DNA from: Camelus ferus
Taxonomy: Eukaryota
Length of the DNA stretch: 64,000 nucleotides
Reading direction: 5' to 3'
Assembly: GCF_009834535.1 (NCBI RefSeq)
Contig: NC_045697.1
Span: 55,368,001-55,432,000 of the forward strand
A model generated the notes under the pieces. The model was not told the DNA's origin. It saw only the letters and a program-made list of their open reading frames with translations, and did no database searches. Below, piece after piece: positions 24,757 to 38,640 of the stretch. Numbering within the stretch: position 1 is the stretch's first letter; each line of letters starts with the position of its first letter. Position numbers and translations under genes: made by a program.

Positions 24757-26109
24757 ACAATGATGACTTTCAAAAAGAAAATACTTTTGTTGTAACCTCA
24801 CTAGATAAAAGAAATCTGAATTACACAATTTTAATGATCTTGTAAATCAAATTTAATTAATTTCCATTACCTTGGTCATTAGGTTAAACTAATAAAATTA
24901 TATTTCATGTAAACTAGCATTTTCCAAAGCAAATTGTCTGGATAATATGAAAGATCCTTATTATATTAGTTATATCTCCAATCAACTTCCAACAGGGAGT
25001 CTTTTTAGTTTGGATAATTTTCATGATAGAAAGACATCAGTTAACTGTCTCTGATAAATCTGCCTAGAAGTAGTGAGCCACTTTAAATCTCAAACTTCTT
25101 AAAGAGTTTGAGGTATGGCCATTAATCATTATCAGCTAACAGATATATTAAAATTTATCACTCTTCTAAAGCTCTTCTGTCAATTTGGACCCAATCCAGG
25201 GTGGGCCCTTTTCATACAAGATGGAATAAAACAGACATGCACATAGACTTACTTCAATTTGGTCTGTCTCACCGCAATGACTTGAAAAATGTGTTCAATA
25301 AATTGTATTCACAGATTTATGACCACCGGATCTTTCCATTTTTATCTAGAACTAAGACCAGAGATTTTGCTGAACTAGATTTTTGTGATGCTTTCAGTGC
25401 TATATCTAAAGCAATATTTGAAGGATACAGTCAGAGAAAAAAGTGAAAGAGGAAAGAATCTCAAGTATGCTTGATGTGCCCCTTCATACACTTTTGTCCC
25501 CAAAATGTCGTGGCTGCCATCTGTATTACAGATGGTTTCAGGAAATGTGACTAAAAAGTAGACTGAATACAGAATTCAGTTTAGAAAAGACAAAAATAAT
25601 TCATCTCAAGTGTTTTTGATGCTCCTTTGTTATGAGATTATTTTTGTTATTTTATGAGATTATTCTCGTTATCTCTGATTGAACTCTAAATTCAGCTCTT
25701 ACTTTTTTCTCAGTTTCTTTGGAAAAGAAAGAAGTATTGTCTATTTTCCATGCATAAGGAGCTTGATAGCTTGTATTTAAGTATTTGTTCCTGTTTACCA
25801 AATGTAAACCATACCTAAAGCTTTTGTATTTCTTTGTACTTTCTCAGACACAGTATTTAAGAGCTACAGTTTGATATCATTGTAACCTTTTAGCTCCAAT
25901 ATAATAGGTAGCAATTTTATTTAATACCTAGGGGAATTATTTTTATCCTTCCAGAGATTTTTTTAAAATGCATATACATACACACGGCATATATAGTCTT
26001 TCTCCCATGTTTAATTTAAATGGAAGCAAGTTCTATTCCTTGTCACATTTATATAAAATATGCAAGTTGGAAAATTTTCCATATAGCTACATAGAGTGCT
26101 CTCTCATTC

Positions 26110-29100
26110 TTTGTTTTCTTGTGGTAGGAAACACATAAAATAAATTTTTTCATCTTAACCATTTTTATGTGTGCAGTAGTTCTCTAGAACTTTTTCATCC
26201 CTCAAAACTGAAACTTTATACCTGTTGAACAACAACTCCCCTCTTCCCAGCCCATGGCAACCATTATTCTACTTTCTGTTTCTAAGAGGTGGACTATTTT
26301 AGATAACTCATGCAAATGAAATCATGCAGTATTTGTCTTTTTGTGACTGGTTTATTTCACTTAACACTGTATAGTCAGTGCTCATCTATGTTGTATCATA
26401 TGACAGGATCTCCTTCTTTTTAAGGTTAAATAATATTCCACTGTATATATTTATATACCGCATTTTCTTTATCCATTCCTCTGTCAGCTGACATTTAGAT
26501 TGCTTGTATATCTTGGCTATTGTGAATATTGCTGAAATAAACATGGAAGTGCAAATTTCTCTTCAAGTTCTTGATTTCTGTTCCTTTGAATATATCCCAG
26601 AAGTGGGATTGGTTGATCATACAGTAGTTTTAATTTTAGTATTTTGAGAAACTTCCATACTGTATTCCATAATGGCTGTACCATCTTACATGCCCACCAG
26701 CAGAAGACAAGGGTTCTAATTCTTCCACATTGTTGCCAACACTTGTATTTTCTATTTTTGTGATAGTGGCCATCTAACAGGTGTGAGATGACAGCCCATT
26801 GTGGTTTCAATTTGCATTCCCCAGATATTTGGTCATGTTGAAGTTCTTTCGTGTGCTTTTGGGGCACTTATATATCTAACCTGGAGAAATGTCTGTTCAA
26901 GTCCTTTGCTCATTTAATGAGACTATTTATGTTGTTTCTGAGTTATAGAACTTTCTATTTTGGATATTAACTACTTATCAGATACACAGTTTGGAAATAA
27001 TTTCTCCCATTCCATAGGTTGCCTTTTCACTAAGTTGATTGTTTTCTTTGCTTCACAGAAGTTGTTAAGATTGATGTAGCCCCGCTAGTGTATTACTGCT
27101 TTTGTTGCTTGCATTTTTGGTGTAATAGCCAAGAAATCTTTGCCAGATCCAATGTCATGAAGAATTTCCCCTATTTTTTTAGGAGTTTTATAGTTTTAAG
27201 TCTTATATTTAGTCTTTAATCTATTCGTTACTTTTTGTGTATGGTGTAACACAGGATCCAATTTCAGCGCATGTGGATATCCAGTTTTCTCAACACCATT
27301 TGTTCAAGAGAATATTCTTTGCCCATTATTGGCAGTCTTCTCAAATATCATTTGACCATATAAGTGATGATTTATTTCTATGCTTTCTATTTGATTTCAT
27401 TGGTCTGTATGTCTGTCTGTATACCAGTGCATCAATGTCTAAATTACTGTAGATTTGTAATAGATTTTGAAATCAGAAAATACAATGATTGAATCTTTGT
27501 TTTCTTTCCAAGGATTGTTTTTGTTATTCTAGATTCTTTAAGATTCCACATCAATTATAGAATTTTATTTCTATTTCTGAAAAAAAAATTTCATTGTGAT
27601 ATTGATAAGGATTCCACTGAATCTGTAGATCATTTTGGGTAGTATGGATATTTTAATAGTATTTTTTCTAATCCATGAACACTAGGTGTCTATTTATTGG
27701 TGTCTTTAATTTCTTTCAGCAACATTTTGTATTATCAGTGTACAAGTCTTTTGTCTTGACTTTTTGGTTAAATTAACATTTGTTAAGTAGAGCCTTATAG
27801 TCTCAGGTAGTGAATCTGGGTTCAGAAAAGACCACAAGGGAAAGTGAAATGAAATAAGTTTATTACTCACAGGTCCTAAAGGAGGTACACAGCATGTCTT
27901 GAGGAACCATATGGGGAGGTCAAGGCGAGGTGCAGGCAGAGTAAGCAGCAGGATCTGGGGCACATTTATTAGGGTTTGCAAGTAGAATGCTTTGGGATTC
28001 CTGGGCTGAGCTTGGATTGGTCAATTCAAAATAAAATAGCAAATTTTAGTAAGTTCCATGGGCGTCTTATTTAAGGTGTACACAGGGAAGGAGCTGGGAG
28101 ACAGAAGAGACTTTATTATAAGGGACATTGATGGAATCATATCAGGAACTTATATTTATTTTTGACTCTATGAGGTGCTATTTAAGGCATGGACTAGAGT
28201 GAGGGAATAATGACAGTTCAATCCCACTGCAGGCTAGTTAGCCACACAAAATGAATGCAATAATATAGAATAGTTTAAACTTTCAACATGGCTCTTCATT
28301 AAGTTTAGTCCTAAGTATTTTATTTTTTGGATGCTATTGTAGGTCAGATTGTGGTCTTTACTTCCTTTTCAGATTGCCCATTGTTAATGTATAAAATCAC
28401 AACTTATTTTGTGTGTTGATTTTAGAGTCTGCTACTTTGCTGAATTTGTTTACTACTTCTAATAATTTTGTGGAATATTTAGGGTTTTCTACATATAAGA
28501 GCATATCAACTGTGAGGAGAAATCTTACTTCTTCCTTTCCAATCTGCATGCTTTTTGTATCTTTTTCTTGCCCAAATGCTTTGGGTAGGACGTTCACTAT
28601 GATGTTGAATAGAAATGTGAGAGAGGTCAGTATTGCCTTCTTAATTTTAGAAAGAAAGCTTTTCAACAATGTTAACTATGAGCTTTTCATATATGGCTTA
28701 TATTAAGTTGAAGTAATTTCCTTTTATTCTCGTTTGAAGAGTGTTTTTATTATGACAGGGTGTAGAATTTTGTCAAAGGCTTTTTCTGAATCAAATGAAA
28801 TAATCTTGTGGTTTTTGTTTCTTTTATTCTGTTACTGTAGTGTATCACACTGATTGATATTTTTATATGTTGAATCACCCTTGCATTCCAGACATAAATC
28901 CCACTCAGTTATGGTGTATAATCATTGTAATGTGTTGCTAAATTCAATTTGCTTATATTTTGTTGCAGATTTTAGGATCAATATCCGTGGGGAATGTTAG
29001 TCTATAGTTTTCTTGTAGTGTTCTTATCTGGCTTTGGGCCTTACAAATTAGTTTAAAATAATTCCCATTTATTCATTTTTTTGGAAGTTTTTGAGCAAGG

Positions 29101-31141
29101 TTGGTATTAATTCTTTAAATATTTGGTAGAATTCACCAATGAAGCCATCTAGTCCTGGACATTATTGGGAGATTTCATTTACTAGTTCAATCTCTTTATT
29201 ATTCTGTTCATATTTTATATTTACTCATGATTCAGCATTGTTGTATGTTTCTAAGAGTTTATCCATTTCTTCTAGGTTATCCAATTTGTTGGTGTATAAT
29301 TGTTTAGGGTAATCTTATAATCCTTTATATTCCTGTAGTTTCACTTGTAATGGTTCCCCTCTTATTCGTAATTTTATTTGAGACTTCTCTCTTTTTTTCT
29401 TGGTAGACTAGCTAAAACTTTGTCTCTTTTTATCTTTTATAGAAGATAGTTGCATAGATCTTTTCTATTGTCTCCTTAATTTCTATTTCATTTCCACTCT
29501 GATCTTTGTTATTTCTCTCCTTCTACTAACTTTGGGCTTCATTTGTTCATTATCTAGTGCCTTGAGGTGTGAGATTAGGTTTTTTATTTCAGATCTTTCT
29601 TTCTTTGATGTAGGTTGGCATTTTTCACTATAAACTTTCCTGTTAGAGCTGGGTTGCTGTATCCCATAAGTTTTTGTGTGTTATGTTTCCATTTTTATTT
29701 ATTTCAAACTATTTTTTAAATTTTAAGGCAATTTTAATATGTTTTAATATATGTTTTGATATAAGGGTAGGAGGAAAAAAGGATTATTTTGAGATTATAT
29801 AAAATCATCTGTGTGAAACTTTTTTGTTTGAAGTACCTTCAGTTACCTCTTTGGGTTATCTTAGTTGGAATCCTTTGAACTGGCATTTGGAGGTCTGTTT
29901 TCTTCTCATATTTGAGATTTTTTGACTATTATTTCTTCAGACAAACTCACTGTTCTTTTCTCTTTCTTTTCCTTCTAGGACTCTCGTAATGTGGCTATTT
30001 GCCTGCTTGATAGTATACCATTAGTCCCTTTGGCTTTCTTTATTTTTGTTTTCTTTTTGTTCCTCTGATTGGATAACTTCAAATGACCTATATTCAAGTT
30101 TGCTCATTCTTTCTTTTGATTGAGATCAAGTTTCTGCTATTGAACCACACTAGTGAAATTTTCAATTCATTTATTGTATTCTTCAGCTCTAGAATTTCTT
30201 GCTTTTTATTTTTTTTTAAATTATTATCATCTCTTGTTGTTATTCTCCCTTTGTTTATGCATTATTTTCCTGATTTGATTTAGTTGTCTGTGTTCCCTTG
30301 TAGTAGACTGAACAAATTAACCACTATTGTTCCAAATTCTTTGGCAGTTAATTCATAGATCTTCTTTTATTTAGGGACAGTTTCTACAGATTTATTTTGA
30401 TTGTTTGATTGAGCCACATTTTTCTATCTCTTCACATGCCTTGTTATGTTTTTCTGGGGTATATACATTTGAAAAACAGCACTCCTCCTGACTATCTTTG
30501 GATAGAGGAAGACCTTCACCAGTCAGTCCAGCTAAAGACTCTCAGGGATTCTCAAACCTTTTCCAGGGATGTGTCTTTTGGGGGCCTGTACATGTCATTT
30601 CCTAAGTAGAGAGGTCTGCTTGTGTCTTTTTTAATAACTGACAATCTCTTGCTCCTTCTGGTGTCTTTCCATAGTACTGCAGATTCTCTGGCACTGAACA
30701 AGCTGCTGAGCTCTCGTGTGTTCTTAGTGGCCCCCAGGAATTAAAAGAATGCCATTTCCTCATCAGCACTAAAAATCAGAAGGCACAAAATCAGTCTGTC
30801 AAAGGCAGTCCTCCCAAAAGGTGGAACATCAGACATACATTTCACTCATCTTTGTTCCCTGTCAAAGAAGCTGTGATTGGGGCTTTTCCTTCCACTTGCA
30901 CCAATCTATGCTGTCGTGTGGAAAGGTTTATCTATTGCAGTTGTTATGAATCACTTTTCTTACCTGTTGAAATGCATCTGTTCCTTGATTTGAGTTTGCC
31001 TGAAGTACTGTAACTTTTTAGCTGTTTTCTGGAGTTCTCCTGAAGTCTTTTTTTTGGACTGTATCTTGTTAATTTTGCTATCTTTGTGGGAGAAGGAGGG
31101 CTAGGGCTTCCTGTTCAGCCATGAATATTGCTGATGTCACC
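26110..31141 (-). mobile_element. Old L1 (L1MB-like) retaining 3' end, decayed ORF2, ORF1/5'UTR and 5' terminus; interrupted by an LTR
   Basis: L1MB-type 3' UTR at 26110-26500. ORF-track peptides match L1 ORF2 ([66 protein letters not shown]). L1M-like 5' end GCTTCCTGTTCAGCCAT...GCTGATGTCAC at about 31110-31141. Confidence 0.85.
27781..28288 (-). mobile_element. ERVL-class solo LTR (MER68/MER77-like) nested in the L1
   Basis: TGTT...AACA termini and AAGTTTATTACTCACAGGTCCT motif. L1 sequence resumes at about 28295. Confidence 0.7.
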
Positions 31142-32864
31142 AAAATTAAAGAGCCCTTTGGTACTCTTTATTACATTTATACCAGTTTTGAGCTAATTGG
31201 AGAGCAGTGTTATATAAGATTAGATTTATTTTTCTTTTCGATTCATGGCATGCAACTCAATCTTCAATAAGGAAAAAAGAGGCATAAATATTTACCAGTG
31301 TTTTAATAAAGCTTTACATGATGACATTCTACTGAATATTTTTGTAAAATACACAAACAAAAACTTTGTAATGACCAGCATGCATGAATGCCACATAGGA
31401 TGCTGTGCAGTCTTAAATTTTTAAATTAATTTCTTTATGATTGAAGCAGTAGTTTGAAGGCCATTTAACTGTTCAGATAAATAACACCTTTTTGTCAGGA
31501 ATGCTGTCAATTATGTTGCAAATGGATAGTTAGCTTTATTTAACTTGGACCTTATATCATTTGGAATATTTCTTTCTATATTAGAATGGAATTCTCCCTG
31601 AAATGCACTTTTAAAAAATGATTGGATATTCAAGAAGTAAAATTCCAGGCTTCTTCTTCCAGTGACAATTTTTTAATGAAAGATGAGTGTCGTTTTTCTG
31701 TAATATATGCTTACTTGGATTTCCTGTCTTTTCCCTCTTGAGCCTGTGCTCAGGTACCACTGTTGATGCTGTGATTGCAGAGATGTTCACTGAGAATGCA
31801 TATTCTTATATCCAGGGCAGAATTTTTAATTGTCTGTTTTTGATGAATCCCATGTTACATGTCCAAATGTGGTCTAGTCCTCTGCATTTTAATCTGCTCT
31901 GCATGGAGTGGATCTGCTGTGGAGGTTATGATGGTTATTCTACTACAATATTGAGATGCAGGGAAAGTTACATTTATTTTATTCTTTTTAAACAAATCTA
32001 AGTTATCCTGAGTCTCCATTTCACATGTGGATGGGAATTTAAATTTCAGTATTCATTGGACCACTTAATTTCCTTTTCATCCAAGTTTGCAGAGTTCCCC
32101 AAAAAGGGAGGGACAAGAAGCTTCCACTGCTTCTGTGTCAAGGAGGCTACACAGTCTTTCCCCAAAGAGGTCTTTTCCTACTTATATTAAGCTTGCAATT
32201 AATCTTCTGAGTTTCTGTCACCTGCCCTGTATTCTTTAGTAGAAGAAAGAATCATTCCTCACTATTCCAGGAATCTGCAGACATCACCTCTCCCTCAGAA
32301 ATTTCCCAAGTCAGATAGTATTAAACCCCCTAACTTTCAAGTTTCATATTGTAAAACTTTTCTCTTGGACTTATTCTTCTCTTTTAAAAAAGAAAACCCA
32401 TTATTTCTACCCTGGGGGCAATTGAAACCCCAATTCTTTAGGACCCAAAGCCCTGCTTGACTCAAATTTCATTTTCCTATGGGTGGAAGGTGGAGAACAG
32501 GAAGAAATAGCCTCATTCCTTCTAATTTTTCTATTCTATGGGTATTAAAAATCATAGGTAATACTGAAATTAGCTAACTTGCCATATCAGCAAGTTAATA
32601 TTAGGGAGGTCAATGAGAGAGACCAATGGGACTCTTCCAAAGTTGTCCGTTTTTATTTTAGACATAATCTGATTTAGATATCCTGTTTTTATCATGTTTT
32701 CTCTTATCTGTAAGGGTTTTTCCATAACATTCAATAATATAATGTCTTATTATTCATCATGAACCTCAGGTAATGGAATATAATAAGATTAAACTGAAAT
32801 ACCTAGATACACATTTTTGTTTGCCATCCCAAGAAATTCTTTGCTATGATTTACTCCTTCTGCC

Positions 32865-33600
32865 TGAGAAATTACTTTGGCTGCTGTGTTGAAATTAGAC
32901 TGTAGTGGTATAAAATAGAAGTAAAAGAACTTTTATAAAGCTAAAGCCTTTACTTCCATGAGGAATAAATATAGTTCAGACAACTTGTGGCTATAGATTT
33001 GATGAGAAATGGTTTGGTCCTGCTTTGGAAATAGATCCCACAGGGTTTACTGATGAATTAGATGTAGCATGTGAGATAATGAAAGAAACCAAGCATGTCT
33101 GCAAGAGTTTTAGACTTGGCAACCCGAAGACTACAATGGCTATCAATTGAAGTGTGGTAGACTCTTGGAAGGGCAAGTTTGGAGGCAATACTAATGGTTC
33201 AAATTTGGAATATGGAAATTATAATCTTTATAGATGAAGTTGGGCATATAAAAGTAAGAATTTGGAAAGGAAGTCTGCTGGAGAAATAAAACTGGGAGCA
33301 TCCCCATATTAATGGTATTTAAAGAGATGGGATTGGATCAGATTACTAAGAGAATGAGTGCAGAAATTAAAAAGAAGCCCTAAAGAACTGAATCAGGGGT
33401 ACCTACTTTAACATTAAAAGGCCTAGGAGAAACAAGGAAGCTGCAGAGGATGCTTATTATCAGTGCTATATAAAAGGGAAAACATAAACCAAAGAAAGTT
33501 ATGTCCTGGAAGCCAGTTGAAAACAGTACATCTGTGAAGAGCAAGCAATCAGCAGTCTCAAATGATGCTGAAAGGTCAATTAAGTTGAGGACTGAGAACT
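32865..33600 (-). mobile_element. L2 LINE fragment
   Basis: TTACTTTGGCTGCTGTGTTGAAATTAGACTG, GGGTTTACTGATGAATTAGATGT, TCAAATGATGCTGAAAGGTCAATTAAGTTGAGGACTGAG. Confidence 0.8.
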
Positions 33601-35096
33601 AAATTAAATGGACTATTAATATTATAGCAGATTGTGCAAAATATATTTAACATGTAGTCCTTATTTTTTATTTTAATTTCATGCTTTTCTTTAAAACACA
33701 CATTTAAGTAAATCTGTACCTGCAATTTTTTTTTTTAAATACGCAAATAACAGTAACCTTTACTTATTAGTCTGTTGGTTAGAACTAAATACAAATCAAT
33801 AAACAAATCCTAAATGAAGACTTTTTTTATACCACTTTTTGCAACTAGTTTGTACAATTGATACGTCCTTTATAAGGATACCCTTCTCTTCTCCTTTAAT
33901 TGTGCATCTGTGCCTGGTGCAGGAATAAAATGTAATGATACAGATATTTTTACAACCTTTTTTAACCTTCTGCCTGTAAGTGACAGTTTTTTTTTTCTTC
34001 CCTCCACTTCAAAATAATTGTCATGGGTGATGTATTCTTTTTTGGGCTACCAGAGCCACATTCCTTTGATGTGGCAGATACTTGTTTTGTGAAAATGGAA
34101 TTGATTTGAGAGAACTGATAAAATTTGGGTCTCTTCTGAATAATACACTGTTTAATCCAACTTGGTAACATTTTGAATTAAATAAGGTTAAGATTGGCGA
34201 GTTTAGCTGAAAACATTTGCTCTCCAAAAGTGGTAACTTTGTAGTTAGAAAGAACAATACTCCCTAGTAAATGGCAGGTTTTCCTGTATGATTTGTTACT
34301 GGTTGACTTCAATAAGCATGTATTAAAGGCCTACACTCTACTGGATGCTTTACTGAATGCTGATTAAGAACTCAAAAGAGTTTCTGCATATATTTGGATG
34401 AGTAAAATAACAAAACACTTTTGAAAGGTTACAGTTTTGAAACTATAAATGCTAGTATAATTAATTGATTGGAAATTGATATATTTGATTGGAAACTACT
34501 TACAATGATCATGTTTTAGTGTTTTCACTGTCCCTAAATGTAGGTCATACATTTATACTAAGTCATTTCTGGTGTCTTACTAATATATCAACTCTTATGA
34601 GTAGTTTTATTTTATTTTTCTATTTAGAACTTAATTTGAATATAAATTAATCACATGGATTTTATCACATGATTTCTTCATGTATTTTACACAAAATGAC
34701 ATTTTAAATCTGGGTCACAAAAGCCTGTGTTTGCATCTAGCACCTGTTATTTACTAGCTCTGTAACCCCAACTCACTCTATGTCTCTAATTTCCTTTAAG
34801 TATAATTTGTTATGAAAAAGCCTGCAGAACGCTATGTGCAAAGGTAAAGAGTCCATCCATTTGTAAGCCATGCAACATGTGCAAATATTGAAGAATTTGG
34901 TCTTTTTAGGAATCATAATATTGAAGACTAATCTTCCTCTGCCCCTTATTTTGGGTAACATTGAGAAAGCTACTTTATGGCTTAGTTTTCAACTGGCATC
35001 ATTTCCTCACCTAGATCAGGGTTGAGAGTTGGAGAAAATAACAGAAGAATGCAGATCACAGGGTGTTGATTTATTCTATTAATGTTGCTACTTCTA

Positions 35097-35150
35097 TTAC
35101 ATATTATAGTCATCATTGTTACCTTACATATTATAGTCATCATTGTTATC
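35097..35150. repeat. 27-bp tandem duplication
   Basis: TTACATATTATAGTCATCATTGTTA(C/T)C occurs twice. Confidence 0.92.
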
Positions 35151-36015
35151 TTCTAATATACAAGCTACTAAATTTCAGCATAAAAGGATTTGTATCTATT
35201 ACAAAAGGCAGCTCAGAGCATCTGACTCATTTTCATTCCTATATTAGAGCCTCCACTGTAATGTAATTCGTAGGTTCTACCAATTTAAATAAAAGGTGAA
35301 TATTCCACTTAATCATTCAGATGTTTGTCCTGAACATGAAAGCTTTGGAATAATTGAGTGAATGTTTCACTCTGCAACCAGATGTTTGGCTTTGAGCTGA
35401 CATAACCACTGTCATAATTACCTACAACCTCCCAAGATATCCATAGAATTAGCTACTTCTAGATCTTTAATGCTTTCAACATATTATTAGCATTATCAAT
35501 CACTTTTTCAATTACTTCTGCCAGATTTTAATTTATTAAACTCTTCAGTTAAGCCCATTAAGATGCACAGTAACCATGTGTATTTCAAGCAAGTGTTTTG
35601 GTGGTCCCAAGTGATATTTAAAGAGCACTTTTCATGTCATAAACAACTCTTCTTAAGGGATAAGTTTCTCCCAGTTGGCACACTGTACTCTGAAAATTCC
35701 AGTAAAATTTGCACATGCAGGAATTATTATGTCCTTTCCAAATAATATCACATTCACTACATTCTCCTCTTAAATTTATTTTTGAGTTAGCCATTACGTG
35801 TATGAGTATGAATATATTCATCAGTCACAGGGTTTCTTCCTCTTTAAAAAAAAATAATTGCATCATATTTGGTGGTTGTGCTCTGATGCTAATGGTCAAT
35901 ACCTTATCTGAAGCCGGTTTCACTGTTCATTCCAGAGTAGTCTTAAAAAATGTTAAAATTAGTTTCTGATATAGACTTATTAGATGTCATAACTCAACTT
36001 TTGTATTTTATAAGG

Positions 36016-36336
36016 AGGGGATGGCAAACTATAGGATAAATCCTGCCCACTCTTGTTTTTACATACTCCATGAGCTAAGAATGGCCTTTATATTTGCAGT
36101 CCTTTGGGAAGAAAATCAAAAGTGGAATAACACATTGTGACACGTGAAAATTATATGAAATTCAACCTTCCATGATGATAAAGTTCTGCTTGATCACCAT
36201 CGTGATCATTCATTTATGTATTATCTGTGGCTGCTTTCACTGCTGTAATGGCGGTGTTGGATGGGTACTCGTGATAAAAGCTCTATGGCCACAGAACCAA
36301 GAACACTTCTTATCTGACTTTAAGGAAGTTTGCCAC
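36016..36336. mobile_element. MER58B-like hAT-Charlie element
   Basis: AGGGGATGGCAAACT start, GAGCTAAGAATGG, GTGACACGTGAAAATTATATGAAATTCAA, CATTCATTTATGTATTATCTGTGGCTGCTTT, end AAGTTTGCCA. Confidence 0.85.
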
Positions 36337-36382
36337 AATGCTGATGGGTAAGTTACTCACAGTGCTAATGGGTAAGGACTTG
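36335..36382. repeat. 24-bp imperfect tandem duplication
   Basis: ACAATGCTGATGGGTAAGTTACTC / ACAGTGCTAATGGGTAAGGACTTG. Confidence 0.7.
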
Positions 36383-36776
36383 AGGCTGCGATGTATCGTC
36401 TTAGTCCCTTTACTAGGGCTTATATTCACTTTAGGCAGGAAGGTGATTTTTCCAAAGTCCTTCACTAGAAAGTGGTAGAGCTAGAATGCAAATCCAGACA
36501 GATTACTTTCAGAGTCTGTGTTCTTAACCTATAAATTGCACTGGCTTTCCTGACCCAAAGCTGTATCCATACAATGTGAAAATTTTCTAAATGGAAAAGG
36601 ATACTTATCTATGATGCATCTGCTATTGACAAGGAAAACTTCTAATCAAAGAATATGGTCTGCTTGCATCTAATTTCCAATATGGCAAAGGAGACTGTAA
36701 ACTAAACTAATAACAAAAACAACAATAATAACCAAAAAGGAAAAGGAGAGAGACAAAAAAGTTTTCATCATCCCTC

Positions 36777-37166
36777 TGTATTAGCCAGCTTGGGCTGCCA
36801 TAACTAAATAGCCCAGACAGAGTGGCCTAAACGACAGAAATTTATTTCACATGATTCTAGAGGCTGGGAAGTCTAAGGTGCTGGCAAGGTAGGTTTCATT
36901 CTGAAGCCTTTTCTCTTGGTGTGTAGTCATCCATCATCTCATGGTGTGCCTACATGTCCTCTTCTTTTTGCATCTAGAGATGGATACAGTGAGATCTATG
37001 CTGTCTCTTCTTATAAGGCTACAAGTCCTATTGGATGAGGGCTCCATTCTTGTGACTCCATTTAACCTTAATTACCTCCTTATAAGTTCTATCTCCAAAC
37101 ACTATTACACTGGGGGTTATGCCTTCAACACATGAATGCTGGGGGGATACAATTCAATCCATGGCA
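36777..37166 (-). mobile_element. MaLR solo LTR (MLT1A-like), complete
   Basis: TGTATTAG...GGGCTGCCATAAC...CATTTAACCTTAATTACCTCC...ATTCAATCCATGGCA. TSD CCCTC/CCCAC (1 mismatch). Confidence 0.9.
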
Positions 37167-38008
37167 CCCACCGTGGGCATCTTCACAGACACCTTTATAT
37201 TTAAGTTGGAGTCATTTGACTGGTCCTTCTCAATAAACTGAGAGCAAAAATGATGTGTAGGCTAAGGTAACTGGGACCCATTGCTTCATCTCTCTCCTTT
37301 CCTGCTCGGGAACCTCAGGAACCATATAGTTCAAATGATGTAGTTCCAAGTTGCAGGAGAGGAATGGGTAGATGTCACATACAGTAGAGCAGATTGTAAG
37401 AGAAAAATGTAGCATTGATATTCCCAAATTAGTTTTACTATAAAACCTCCTAGAGGCCATTATGTTTTTTCTGATCTTTTGAATCTACATAAAACTTACC
37501 TCATTTTCCCAGTTCATATATAAAATACATTCTATCTGAGAGCAGGTATTTAAGAAAGCAGCAGATAGGGACACTAACTGGATATAGTAGACTGGTTATA
37601 ATCCTATATTTGCCAGGACTTAATTCTGACCTTTAACAAATCACTTAACTTCTGTGGACCTTGGTGTCCTCTTATAAAAAAATATTGGCCAGATTGACTG
37701 GATATCTCTATTCTATTTGAAATCCATTACTATCACATAATGTAAATTTAGAGAAAACACACTTTTACCAAGGCATGGTAAAACATTAAAAGTACTCTAA
37801 GAATATTGTTTTCATCTTTTTTTCATACTATTTTTATTCTCAAGATACAGCTCATAAATAACATGAGTATCAAACTCATTAATAAGGACAGAATCTGCAT
37901 TGTTTCACTAAAATCTGCAACTTTAATTTTCTTTTCATAGAGTCTTTAAAAACTTTTAACAGTAAAAATGTCAAATTATGTGAAATAGTGCAAGATCATT
38001 TTATTGTC

Positions 38009-38342
38009 TGTATTAGCTCAGGCTCTCATAACAGAATACCACAGATGGGGTGACTTGAACAAATTTGTTGTATCACAGTTCTGAGGCCTAGAAATCCAAA
38101 ATCAATGTGTTGGTGAGTTTGGTTTCTGGTGAGACCTCTCTTCCTGGTTTAGGGATGATTACCTTTTCACATGACCTTATCTCCCATTATATGAACACAA
38201 GTCCTACTGGATTAGGGCCTCGCTCTTATGACCTCATTTAACTTTGATGACTTTCTTGAAGGACCTATCTCCAAATACAATCACAAGATGGGTCAAAGCT
38301 TCAACATATGAATTTTGGGGAGCAATAGTTCAGTCTGTAACA
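38009..38342 (-). mobile_element. MaLR solo LTR (MLT1A-like), complete
   Basis: TGTATTAG...CTTATGACCTCATTTAAC...TTCAGTCTGTAACA. Perfect 5-bp TSD TTGTC at 38004-08 and 38343-47. Confidence 0.92.
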
Positions 38343-38534
38343 TTGTCACATACAACTTTTTTCTTTTCAATAGTCTTCAGTGTCATAAATTTGATGAAAT
38401 ATGCTAAATTAATTAATCACAGATATTGACATCTGATATTTGGTATAGGAGTGCAAGACAAGTTTTGAAATTCTCTATCATATACTTTAAATTATTCAAA
38501 TTTAAATTATTATCAGACAAATTAAAGTTGTTCC

Positions 38535-38640
38535 ATTTTGGTCACATTAGTTTTCTTAGTTAAGCATCTCTAAGCCTCAGTTTTTCACTTATGAAATGGG
38601 AATAAGATGCCTGTATCATAGAATATTATCTCTTAAGACA
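38535..38640 (+). mobile_element. MIR core fragment
   Basis: TCTCTAAGCCTCAGTTTTTCACTTATGAAATGGGAATAAG. Confidence 0.6.

Noticed and set aside
26517..28706. ORFs with reverse-transcriptase-like peptides as an active RT system
   Set aside because: These are frameshifted, stop-riddled remnants of ordinary L1 ORF2.
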